A DNA stretch of 64,000 nucleotides from an uncultured cyanobacterium (lineage in GTDB: Bacteria > Cyanobacteriota > Cyanobacteriia > Cyanobacteriales > CAWUOF01): NCBI GenBank assembly GCA_963744145.1, contig CAVUSO010000001.1:6816001-6880000 (forward strand), read 5' to 3'. The translations under genes and the position numbers were made by a program. This document shows positions 1 through 9,283 of the stretch, in pieces. Under the pieces are notes generated by a model. It was not told where the DNA came from. It searched no databases and saw only the letters and a program-made list of their open reading frames with translations. Within the stretch, counting starts at the first letter, position 1. The number at the start of each line of letters is the position of its first letter.

Positions 1-1665
1 TTCGGTAACAATAGTATTCAAAATAAGATTTAGGTCTAAAGATTGATGAATCGCTTGAGTAATATTCCACAGCAACTGTTCCTGTCTGTGTTTATTTTGT
101 AAAATTGCTTCTGTCTGTTTGAGATCGCTAATATCATTATTAATCTCTAGGATCTTAATCACCTTACCCATCTGATCTTTTTCTACTACCCAACGACTAA
201 ATACATTAATCTGATGCTCCTTCCGACTGAAGTGAATTAGTTCTCCTTCCCAATAACCTTGAGCAAATAATTCTGCTTCAATTTCTGCTAACGGTTGAGG
301 AAATTGGGTTTTTAACAACCGATGAATTTTTTGACCTAATGCTTCCGCTTTCGTCCAACCATAGAGCGACTCAGCTCCCTGATTCCAAAAGGTGATCATT
401 GAGTTTAAATCCCAGGTAATAATACTGTCATGGGCTAAATCTAGGAATTTTGCTTGTTCCTCTATTTGTTGATAGGCTTGTTCTTTTTCTGATAAAGTAG
501 CTGATAGGCAATAGTTGACTTCGGTCAGTTGGGCAGTTCTTTCTATTACCCGTTGCTCGAGTTCGGTATTAAGTTCTTGTAGAGCTATTTGTACTTGTTT
601 GCGTTCCTGCAATTCTGTTTGGAGTTGTTGCACCAGTTCGGCTTTTTCGATCGCAATTCCGGTTTGAAGTGCGATCTGTTCTAACAATTCAATTTCTGCC
701 GATTGCCACTGACGGGGAGCCGTACAATGATGAGCTACCAATAATCCCCACAATTCATCTTTTTTGATCAGGGGAACTACTAAATTTGCTCGGACTTGCA
801 AACTTGCTAGAAATTCCCGATGACAAGGGCTAATTTGTGCATCATAGATATCAGATTTTGCTGTAATTAAACCTTGTTTGAATGCTTGAACGTATTCTTT
901 ACCAATACAAGTATCATAGAGCTGAAGTGGGAAAATAGCTAGACGATCATCAGCTACGGACTCGACTAGCACTGTTCCACCCCAACTAGGTAAAAATTTA
1001 AAGATAATGACCCGATCGCACTCAAGAATATTTCTGACTTGATTGACCGTAGTCTTGAGAATATCTTCTAATTTGATTGATTCCCGAATCGCTAGTGCAG
1101 TTTGAGCAATGAGTTGCTGTTGCTGCTGTTGCCATTCCCGTTCACGAATGAGTTGATTGTAGTGTAGGATATATTTAATAGAGTGATGCAAAATTTGAGG
1201 GGTAATTTTACTTTTGTCTAAATAATCTTGAGCACCACTTTTAATTAAATCAACGGCAATTTCAGTATTTCCTTGACTTGTCAGTATAATCACTGGAAGG
1301 TGTTCTCTTCCTGTCTGTTGCCGAAGTTGCTCTAAAAACTTTAACCCATCTAGATCGGGTAAAAAATAATCGAGGAGAAAAATATCTGGTAATTGTTGCT
1401 GACACCATTCTAATCCTGCTTCACCATGATCAAATTCCACAATCTGATAAGTTCGTTCCTGATCTTCTAACAAAAATCTATGGTAGATATTGCGATCGAC
1501 TTCCGAATCATCCACTAACAAAATTGTATAATACTCTTTTGCTGGCACAGTTGTTCCAGTTAATTGGATCGGCGATCGCTCCTTCTTTTTGAGCGCGTTT
1601 ATTTCTCCCCTTAATAACTCTAATTCTGCGATCAATTGTTCTTTGGTTTTTAAGTGATCTTCCAT
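1..1665 (-). CDS. Receiver-GAF(CBCR)-PAS-GAF hybrid sensor, probably a histidine kinase; 3' end runs off the window; absent from the ORF track
   Basis: Hand translation of segments of the frame from ATG 1665: MEDHLKTKEQLIAELE...TILLVDDSEVD...FLLDYFLPDLDG (REC); GAF with LYDTCIG and PCH; PAS (ITFWNQGAESLYGW); a second GAF starts QLLWNITQAIHQSLDL at the window edge. Confidence 0.9.
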   Translation of the reverse strand, partial: MEDHLKTKEQLIAELELLRGEINALKKKERSPIQLTGTTVPAKEYYTILLVDDSEVDRNIYHRFLLEDQERTYQIVEFDHGEAGLEWCQQQLPDIFLLDYFLPDLDGLKFLEQLRQQTGREHLPVIILTSQGNTEIAVDLIKSGAQDYLDKSKITPQILHHSIKYILHYNQLIREREWQQQQQQLIAQTALAIRESIKLEDILKTTVNQVRNILECDRVIIFKFLPSWGGTVLVESVADDRLAIFPLQLYDTCIGKEYVQAFKQGLITAKSDIYDAQISPCHREFLASLQVRANLVVPLIKKDELWGLLVAHHCTAPRQWQSAEIELLEQIALQTGIAIEKAELVQQLQTELQERKQVQIALQELNTELEQRVIERTAQLTEVNYCLSATLSEKEQAYQQIEEQAKFLDLAHDSIITWDLNSMITFWNQGAESLYGWTKAEALGQKIHRLLKTQFPQPLAEIEAELFAQGYWEGELIHFSRKEHQINVFSRWVVEKDQMGKVIKILEINNDISDLKQTEAILQNKHRQEQLLWNITQAIHQSLDLNLILNTIVTE

Positions 1666-1667
1666 AT

Positions 1668-2123
1668 TTAGGATAATTTTGGTAAAATTGACAACTCAAA
1701 CCAGTATCGAAATAAGGTGTCTAATGTACTAGTTAAAGCCGATAAACCCATTGGTTTTAAAATATAACCGTTCACACCTTTGTTATAGCAAAATTTGACA
1801 TCTTTTTGATTAAAAGAAGTAGTAAAAACAATTATAGGAATTAAGTTAAATTCTGGCTTTCTTCTGATAGTTTCTAATACTTCTCTTCCATCTGTGCCTG
1901 GTAAATTCAAATCCAAAAAAATTAAATTAGGACTAGGATTTATCACTCCTTCATCAGCATCTCCTTCCTGAAAAATAAATTCTAAAGCTTCATCACCATC
2001 CTGACAACGATAAACAGATAAGGCAACTTTAAGAGTTTTAATCACTCTAATGAAAGCTTCATAATCTTCATCACTATCTTCGATGACTAATATATTTATA
2101 TGTTTGTCCTCATGATTTTTCAT
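1668..2123 (-). CDS. Single-domain response regulator, Rcp1/phytochrome-partner type
   Basis: ILVIEDS, FLDLNLPGTDG, IIVFTTS, YILKP and the C-terminal YWF motif; lies directly downstream of the phytochrome remnant. Confidence 0.9.
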   Translation of the reverse strand: MKNHEDKHINILVIEDSDEDYEAFIRVIKTLKVALSVYRCQDGDEALEFIFQEGDADEGVINPSPNLIFLDLNLPGTDGREVLETIRRKPEFNLIPIIVFTTSFNQKDVKFCYNKGVNGYILKPMGLSALTSTLDTLFRYWFELSILPKLS

Positions 2124-2126
2124 TTT

Positions 2127-2741
2127 CTAAGCTGGTCTTCGGTGGGGAAAGGGTAAAATAGAACGTTCCTCTTTATATTTTGATTCTAGCCAAATTTGTC
2201 CTCCATGTCGTTCAATTATTTTCTTAACAATTGTTAATCCTGCTCCCGTACCCCCTCCATATTTATTTTGAGAATGTAACCGTTTAAAAATCCGAAAAAT
2301 TGGATCGAAATGTTTTTCCTTGATCCCAATTCCGTTATCTTTGACATAAAAGACTGGTAAATCTTGGTCAAAACCAGGATGATCGATCAATGACCAATCT
2401 GGTCGGGCCATTACGCAACCAATTTCGATCCGTTTTTCTGGTTGATCGTTATATTTAATAGCATTATTAATTAAATTAACAAAAATTTCTTCAGTTAACA
2501 AGCGATCGCCCTTAATTATTGGTAAAGGTTGAGGAATATGGAAATTAATTTGAGCGTCTGCTTGGCTAATTTTGATCATCTGGATCACATTATTATCACT
2601 AACTTGTAAAATTTGCCAATTTATTTCATTAAAAATCATTAAAATTCCATGGGGCTGAATAGCATTAGGAATATGAATTGGTTCTAAATCGCAATTGGTT
2701 AGAGTAATTGGCTGATTAAAAATATAATTTGGAGAAACCAT
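2127..2741 (-). pseudogene. Internally deleted bacteriophytochrome-type kinase: PAS_2 N-terminus fused to HATPase_c
   Basis: LTNCDLEPIHIPNAIQPHG joined after about 50 aa to NLINNAIKY...DNGIGI...GTGAGL; GAF, PHY and HisKA are absent; the expected GTFYFTL ending lies in another frame. Confidence 0.85.
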
Positions 2742-2844
2742 GAGCTGATGTTAGGTAGTTTTTAGCTATTAATTGCAAATATCTTTTCACCAATCATGAT
2801 AAACCATTAGACAAGAAAGCAAAAGTCATGTTGATCGATTTATT

Positions 2845-2909
2845 GGACAGGCAAGATGCCTGTCCCACAAGAGTCTTTTTTGGTTGTGGGACAGGCATCT
2901 TGCCTGTCC
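2845..2909. repeat. REP-like doublet: perfect 26-bp inverted repeat whose arms are themselves palindromic
   Basis: ggacaggcaagatgcctgtcccacaa (2845-2870) and ttgtgggacaggcatcttgcctgtcc (2884-2909). Confidence 0.9.
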
Positions 2910-2929
2910 TAGTTATTTTTGCAAGAAGT

Positions 2930-5809
2930 CTAATCAAAATTCGTTCTCGGGATAGTAAAGAAAAAAGTAGTACCTTCACCCAACTTACTTTCAGCCCAAA
3001 TTTTACCACCATGTCGCTTAATAATACTCTGACAAATGGATAATCCTAACCCAGTACCTCCTTTTTCACGGGAATCGGAGAAATCCACTTGTTGAAATCG
3101 TCCAAAAATCAGTTCTAGTTTATCCTCGGGAATACCCCGTCCCCGATCGCTCACTTGGAATTGCACAGAGTCGGTTTGGTTGTGAGCACTCAGATAAATA
3201 GCAGAATGAGCAGGAGAAAATTTTATAGCATTACTAAGTAAATTTGTCAAGGTTTGGATCATGGCATCTGGTGCAGCCCAAACTTCAGCATCGGTAGGAA
3301 TAATAATTAAAGAGATTTGTCGTTGCACAGCGAGAGGTTGAACTCCCTCTACTGCTTGTTGCATCAAATCTACTGCTTTACAGATAGTTTTCTCTAGCAC
3401 TGCACGTCCAGAATCTAAGCGTTCTAAATCTAAAATATCATTTACCAAATTCACTAATCGATTAGTATCAAGTATCGCAATTTCAATCAGTCGTCGAAAC
3501 TTTTCTGGTTTTTGATCGTAAATGCGCGTATTTAATAATCCCAAAGATATTTGAATCGCGGTCAAAGGAGTGCGGAGTTCGTGACTAACAACCCCAATAA
3601 ATTCATTCTTAATTTCTTCCAGTTTTTGACGTTCCGTGATATCTTCTCCAATACTAATTGTACCAGTAATTGTCCCATCATAGTTTTGGAGTGCCGTATT
3701 ATTCCAAGCAATAAATCTTTCTTCACCTGACTTAGTTACAATCTTATTACGCTCATGGGGATAAGTTTGGTGGTTTAAAACTTCCAAAAAATTGACATTA
3801 ATATCTTTTTGAGGAGATGGTGGTAAGAAATTTTTTAACCAGTTCTTACCCAAGACTTCTTGCTGAGTATATCCTGTCAATTTTAAAAAGAAAGGATTAA
3901 TATAATTCACATTTCCCCATAGATCCAGTCCAACCACAATCAACTGCACATTATCCAATAGCGATCGCCAACGTCGTTCCGCTTCTCGGATCGCTTTAGT
4001 AGCTTGTTTGCGTTCTTGTAATTCGATCTGGAGTTGGGAATAGAGTTCAGATTGGTGAATTGCGATCGACAATTGACTCGCAATTTGTTCCAGCAATTCA
4101 ATTTCCCAAGATTGCCATTGACGAGCAATCTGATTTTGATATACTGCTAATAAACCCCACAAATTTTCTCCGGCAAAAATCGGAAAACAAGCATAACTTT
4201 TAGCTTGAAATTGTTCTAATAACCGAATATGACAAGGGTGAAGTTCAGATTGATAAATATCATGAACCACAAAACTTTTATTATAACGGAAACTACCTCC
4301 TTGAGTTTCTCTAAGATAGGTATCTTGCCAAAATTTTTGGTAATCAGAGGTTACTAATTTGAGCCAATTTTGACCAACTGACTCAACCACAAAATTGCCA
4401 CTCCAATCAAGATTAAATCGGTAAACCGCAGTCCGATCAGTTTCTAATGTTTGTCTAATTTCTGTAACCGTAGTATTCAAAATAGTATAGAGATTCAAAG
4501 ACTGACGAATCGTTTTAGTAATATTCCAAAGTAGCTGATCCTGTCGATATTTTTGTCGTAAAGCTGATTCAGCTTGTTTGCGATCGGTGATATCCTCAAC
4601 CATATAAGAAAATCGAGAATATCCACTCGGACTAACTGTAATCGGACAAACACTTCCTGATAACCAGTATTGTTTTTTCGGAGTAATATGAAGATATTCA
4701 AACCTAACGGTCGCTTGATTTCTCGCGGCTTTTTGATAGTAACTAATCCAGAGTTGGATGGTAGGTGGTGGTACTCCTAAAGTGCTAGCAAACTGATTTT
4801 GCATAGCTTCAATCGTCCTACCGAAAAAATTAGCTGCTGCCCAATTATCGGAAATATGTAAAATATCTCCGTGATGAACTTCCACAATTCCCATCGGGAT
4901 AATTGCACTATTAAAGAAACTTCTCAGAGTCGATTCACTCTGCTGTAAAAGTTGCTGTGCTTGTTGTTTTTCTAATAAAGAAGTTAATAAGCGATCGTTG
5001 ACTTCTGTTAGGGCTGCGGTTCTTTCTAATACTCGTTGTTCAAGTTCCGCATTCAAATTTTGCCTAGCTATTTCTGCTTGTTTGCGATCGTCAATATTCA
5101 TTAGCGTTCCGGTAATTAACATGGTTTTATTTACACCTTGCTCAAACCAGTGTCCTCGGGATTCGAGCCAATGAATGCTACCATCTGACCAAATCACCCG
5201 AAATTCGTGCTGATAGGTACTCTTGATTTGTAATGCTTCCTGAATTGCCTGATTTAAACCTTGACGATCATCAGGATGTACATAACTATTAAAGGTGCTA
5301 TATTTACCATCAAAACTACCAGGAGTTAGCCCAAATAAACGCTCAGTTTCTGATGAGCAATTAATTTCTTCTGTGATCAGATTCCATTCCCAGATCCCCA
5401 TTTGTGATGCGGCTAGAGCCATGGCTAATTGTGCGCTATTTTTCTGGATTAATTGTTGAGTTAGTCTCACCACTTTCTCTTTACTTTCTTTGAGGTCACT
5501 AAATAGTAGATTAATGAGCAGAGCAATGATTAGGAAAAAAAATAACTGGAGTAAATCTACTACTGAATCAAACTGAAAAAGTTGATGGATCGGATTAATA
5601 AAAAAATAGTCAATTGCTAATGTGGAAAGAATAACTGCCAACATTCCCGCTTGAAAATTACCATACCAGACCGTGGCAATAATCGCTACATAGAAAAATC
5701 CTCCCATCGTTTTCGACATCGGAACTTTTAACCAGAAGGTGAGTAAAAGCGCGATCGCTGTTGAGATCATAGCAACTCCATAGCTGAAAAATCGCTGATA
5801 GAGTTTCAT
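2930..5809 (-). CDS. Membrane sensor histidine kinase: DUF4118-like TM, PAS, PAS, red/green-type CBCR GAF, PAS, HisKA, HATPase
   Basis: About four N-terminal TM helices; WQDTYLRETQGG...PCH; VSHELRTPL; NLLSNAIKF; GGTGLGL. Confidence 0.93.
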   Translation of the reverse strand: MKLYQRFFSYGVAMISTAIALLLTFWLKVPMSKTMGGFFYVAIIATVWYGNFQAGMLAVILSTLAIDYFFINPIHQLFQFDSVVDLLQLFFFLIIALLINLLFSDLKESKEKVVRLTQQLIQKNSAQLAMALAASQMGIWEWNLITEEINCSSETERLFGLTPGSFDGKYSTFNSYVHPDDRQGLNQAIQEALQIKSTYQHEFRVIWSDGSIHWLESRGHWFEQGVNKTMLITGTLMNIDDRKQAEIARQNLNAELEQRVLERTAALTEVNDRLLTSLLEKQQAQQLLQQSESTLRSFFNSAIIPMGIVEVHHGDILHISDNWAAANFFGRTIEAMQNQFASTLGVPPPTIQLWISYYQKAARNQATVRFEYLHITPKKQYWLSGSVCPITVSPSGYSRFSYMVEDITDRKQAESALRQKYRQDQLLWNITKTIRQSLNLYTILNTTVTEIRQTLETDRTAVYRFNLDWSGNFVVESVGQNWLKLVTSDYQKFWQDTYLRETQGGSFRYNKSFVVHDIYQSELHPCHIRLLEQFQAKSYACFPIFAGENLWGLLAVYQNQIARQWQSWEIELLEQIASQLSIAIHQSELYSQLQIELQERKQATKAIREAERRWRSLLDNVQLIVVGLDLWGNVNYINPFFLKLTGYTQQEVLGKNWLKNFLPPSPQKDINVNFLEVLNHQTYPHERNKIVTKSGEERFIAWNNTALQNYDGTITGTISIGEDITERQKLEEIKNEFIGVVSHELRTPLTAIQISLGLLNTRIYDQKPEKFRRLIEIAILDTNRLVNLVNDILDLERLDSGRAVLEKTICKAVDLMQQAVEGVQPLAVQRQISLIIIPTDAEVWAAPDAMIQTLTNLLSNAIKFSPAHSAIYLSAHNQTDSVQFQVSDRGRGIPEDKLELIFGRFQQVDFSDSREKGGTGLGLSICQSIIKRHGGKIWAESKLGEGTTFFFTIPRTNFD

Positions 5810-5826
5810 GGCTGTGTTCTCTCCAT

Positions 5827-7686
5827 TTATAGTAAAATGCGTCCTCGGGTCCGCTCGATTCGACTAATTACTCTTGTTACCAGTTCTATTCCTAATACGG
5901 GTTTAGTGATAAAATCATCAGCTCCAGCCGTAAATGCTTGATTGAGTGAGTCTGGATCAGTATGAGCTGTCACAACTAAAATTGGTAAGTCCCCCCACTG
6001 GAGATCTTGTCGTACTACTTGACATAAGTCGAGTCCGCTGATCTGTGGCATTTCTAAATCTAGGATGATTAAGTTCGGGGAAGTCTGTTGTAGCACTTCC
6101 CAAAATCTTTGTGGTTCGCTTAAATTGATTACCTCTAAACCCCAAGGTGTTAGTAAAGTCGATAAGTAAGCTAATACTGCTTCGTCATCATCCACTATTA
6201 AGATTTTAGCGGGTAATTCTGCTGGTTTAGTTAATATTCGCGATATAGCTCGAAAAATTTGCTCGGTGGTAGCTGGTTTATGTAAAAACTGTTTCGCACC
6301 TAAACGCGATACAGCCAAACGATCAGCCAGGCTATCCTGTCCCGTAAAGACAATGACGGGTAAATGGGGCGATCGCTCGGTTAATTCTTGGAGTAGGGTT
6401 AATCCATCTTCCTCGGTTCCTGGAAAACTTAAATCTAGTAAGATCAGATCGGGTTTTGACCAGGACAGGTGCGATCGAGCTAGACTAACATTGGACGCAA
6501 CTTTAATTCGCAACCCCCAAGCTGGTGCTTCTGCTTGTAAGCATTCTGTTAATACTAGATCGTCATCAACCACTAACACCCGATGGGATAAAGCTCTTTT
6601 TACTGGTAAAGTGGTTAATTTCTTGACCGGTGGTTTGGCTAACTCCTGCTGTAATCCGGTCACAATTTCTGCTAATTCGGTGATTTCTTTAGGAGTAAAA
6701 GGATGATTACCTTTGAGTAAATGTTCTGCCGATCGCGCTAATTTTGAGCCTTCGGTATATCCAAAAGATGCCATTGAACCTGCCAATTTATGGGCTTCCT
6801 GTTTGGCATTTTGTTGTAGTTCTACTGCTAAATTACCTTCGATTAAGGCAATTTTTGCCTGTTCGATTACGGCAACTTGTTGGTGAAAAACTCCCCAAAA
6901 CTTCTCCAGTAATTTATTGATTGCTGCTAAATTATCTTTGGAGATGCTATCTGGATCAGCTTGATTTAAACTAGAAGACACTATTGCTGGAGCTGGTCTC
7001 AGCCGATATCCCATCCCATAAACTGTCTCAATAATTTCTTCTGTTAAACCACCAGCTCTCAGTTTTTTGCGGAGATCTTTAATATGGGTAACAATGGCTC
7101 GATCTGTTGGTGCATCATCAAATCCCCACAGACGATCAAGGATAGCACTACGACTAAAAATCCGATCGGGGTTTCGCAAAAATAATTCCAGGAGATTATA
7201 TTCTGTTGCGGTAAGGGAAATGACTTGTTCGACAAAGGTAACTCGACCAGAATCAAAGTCTAGACAAAGATTACCCCAAGTTAAGGTCGCAGATGATTTT
7301 TTCTCATTACTCGCCAGAGAAAATGCTAAACTGCGTCTTAATAAAGTCCTGATCCTGCCTAACAATACTTCCGGGACATAAGGTTTACTGATGTAATCGT
7401 CAGCTCCAGCATCAAATCCTGCTACTACATCTGCATCTGAGTCCTTAGCTGTGAGGAGTAAAATTGGTTTACTGTAGCCTTGCGATCGCAGTTGTTGACA
7501 TATGCTAATTCCATCTAGTTTGGGCACCTCTATGTCTAGCAAAATTAAGTCATATTCAATGATAATGGCCAAATTTAGTCCCGTTTCTCCATCTAGTGCC
7601 ACATCAATCCGGTAATGATGTGCCTCCAATATCTTTACCAGTGCTGCACTCAGTAATTGATCATTTTCGACAAGCAGAATTTTCAT
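5827..7686 (-). CDS. Multi-domain response regulator REC-wHTH-Hpt-REC-REC (RcaC-like)
   Basis: OmpR-type N-terminus (IETVYGMGY), Hpt AHKLAGS, two further receiver domains. Confidence 0.9.
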   Translation of the reverse strand: MKILLVENDQLLSAALVKILEAHHYRIDVALDGETGLNLAIIIEYDLILLDIEVPKLDGISICQQLRSQGYSKPILLLTAKDSDADVVAGFDAGADDYISKPYVPEVLLGRIRTLLRRSLAFSLASNEKKSSATLTWGNLCLDFDSGRVTFVEQVISLTATEYNLLELFLRNPDRIFSRSAILDRLWGFDDAPTDRAIVTHIKDLRKKLRAGGLTEEIIETVYGMGYRLRPAPAIVSSSLNQADPDSISKDNLAAINKLLEKFWGVFHQQVAVIEQAKIALIEGNLAVELQQNAKQEAHKLAGSMASFGYTEGSKLARSAEHLLKGNHPFTPKEITELAEIVTGLQQELAKPPVKKLTTLPVKRALSHRVLVVDDDLVLTECLQAEAPAWGLRIKVASNVSLARSHLSWSKPDLILLDLSFPGTEEDGLTLLQELTERSPHLPVIVFTGQDSLADRLAVSRLGAKQFLHKPATTEQIFRAISRILTKPAELPAKILIVDDDEAVLAYLSTLLTPWGLEVINLSEPQRFWEVLQQTSPNLIILDLEMPQISGLDLCQVVRQDLQWGDLPILVVTAHTDPDSLNQAFTAGADDFITKPVLGIELVTRVISRIERTRGRILL

Positions 7687-7840
7687 ATCAGATTGAATCT
7701 GGGTAATTATGAAGCTTTTCTTCAGATATTATCTCTGGGAAACTAATTTGGGCTTTTGACCTGCTCCAACTAATTCCTGTGGAGCTACTATTTTTCCGAC
7801 CTAACGATTGATTAGCCAAAATAAATAAGAGTAAATCCGA

Positions 7841-8097
7841 ACCGATCGGTAGGGATAACCCATCACTCCGATGTACCTGCTTTGATTTCTTGGCTGCTAA
7901 GTTCAATTTATGTACGGGCATATTGCTTTTGCGCCCTTTCTTAACTAACTATATAGTATATTTAAATTCCCCACCGCTCGGTAGGGATAACCCATCACTC
8001 CGATGTACCTACTTTGATTTTTTGGCCGCTAAATTCAATCTATGTACGGGCGTATTGCTTTTGCGCCCCTTCTAATTATTATATCTAAATTCCCCAC
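7841..8097. repeat. Tandem duplication with about 132-bp period, each unit carrying a degenerate REP-like palindrome
   Basis: accgatcggtagggataacccatcactccgatgtacc at 7841 and accgctcggtagggataacccatcactccgatgtacc at 7973; both continue through gtacgggc(a/g)tattgcttttgcgccc to taaattccccac. Confidence 0.9.
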
Positions 8098-8199
8098 TTA
8101 ATCATAAAATTTTGGGCAGGCTGGTGGTTGGTCACCAAAATTCTCTGCTGTTGTTCATGATACCTGTTCAGCCAAAGTATCAGATTTCTTTAAACACTA

Positions 8200-8242
8200 T
8201 TGCCAAATTTGTAATTTATGTAGTATAACGTATACTACATAA
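8200..8242 (+). promoter_or_regulatory. Putative promoter (TTGCCA-N18-TATAAC) overlapped by a perfect 12-bp inverted-repeat operator
   Basis: ttatgtagtata-acg-tatactacataa at 8216-8242, 22 bp before the RNA ligase ATG. Confidence 0.6.
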
Positions 8243-8264
8243 CAATAACTAATTTTCCTTTCCT

Positions 8265-9254
8265 ATGCGACAATTAGCTAGTATTCAAAAAATTAAAGCC
8301 CTTGAGCCGATTGAAAATGCTGATACAATTCTGAAAGCCACAGTATTGGGTTGGCAATTAGTGGTCAAAAAAGATGAATTTCAAGTTGGGGATCTATGTG
8401 TTTATTGCGAAATTGACTCAGTTATGCCCGATCGCGAAGAATTTCAATTTCTCAAACCCAGAGGAATGAGAATTAAAACTATTCGTTTACGGGGACAGAT
8501 TTCTCAGGGGATTTGTTTTCCTCTGTCTATTTTACCTGAAGGTGTGACCATTAGGGAAAATATAGATGTAACAGAAATCCTGGGGATTACTAAGTATGAA
8601 CCACCCATTCCGGTTAATCTAGCTGGAATTGTCCGGGGAATATTTCCGTCTTTTATTCCCAAAACTGATGAAACTCGAGTCCAAATTTTACAGGATTTAA
8701 TCGATAAATATCAGGGGGAATTATGTTATTTTACCGAAAAGTTAGATGGTGCTTCAGTCACCTACTATCTCAATCAAGGTGATTTTGGAGTTTGTAGTCG
8801 TAATTTAGATTTACTAGAGACTCCTGACAATACTTTATGGAAAGTTGCCAGAGAGTTAAAAGTTGAAGAAAAATTGCGCTCATTAAATGCTAATTTTGCG
8901 CTCCAAGGTGAACTTATTGGAGCTGGAATTCAAGGTAATAAATATAAATTATCTGGTCAAACTGTCTATTTTTTTAACTGGTTTAATATTGATGAATCTC
9001 GGTATCTTGATTTTACCGATTTTGTGAATCAGGTGCAAAGTTTGGGCTGGAAAACTGTGCCAATTCTACATGAAAACTATCCCTTGGAGAATGATATTAA
9101 TCGTTTAGTAGCTTTATCAATTAACCGCTCTGTCTTAAATCCTAATATTCAGAGAGAAGGAATTGTCATTCGACCATTGCAAGAAAAATATGATCTAACC
9201 GGAAGAGTTTCTTTCAAAGTTATTAATCCCGAGTTTTTATTAAAATATGAGTAG
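8265..9254 (+). CDS. ATP-dependent RNA ligase, DRB0094 family (N-terminal OB-like domain plus Rnl2-like core)
   Basis: MRQLASIQKI...CVYCEIDS, LRGQISQG, PKTDETRVQ, motif I EKLDG, QGELIG, REGIVIR, SFKVINPEFL. Confidence 0.9.
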   Translation: MRQLASIQKIKALEPIENADTILKATVLGWQLVVKKDEFQVGDLCVYCEIDSVMPDREEFQFLKPRGMRIKTIRLRGQISQGICFPLSILPEGVTIRENIDVTEILGITKYEPPIPVNLAGIVRGIFPSFIPKTDETRVQILQDLIDKYQGELCYFTEKLDGASVTYYLNQGDFGVCSRNLDLLETPDNTLWKVARELKVEEKLRSLNANFALQGELIGAGIQGNKYKLSGQTVYFFNWFNIDESRYLDFTDFVNQVQSLGWKTVPILHENYPLENDINRLVALSINRSVLNPNIQREGIVIRPLQEKYDLTGRVSFKVINPEFLLKYE

Positions 9255-9283
9255 GGAGGTATAGTTATTAATCCTGCGATCGA

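Noticed and set aside
2794..3043. Short ORFs spanning the REP doublet
   Set aside because: They read through the palindrome (GKMPVP/QDACPT) and overlap the kinase 3' end
7688..8075. ORFs 7688-7921 and 7890-8075 as genes
   Set aside because: They are translations of the tandem repeat with no recognisable domain
7841..8097. CRISPR array
   Set aside because: Only two long near-identical units, no unique spacers, no cas genes
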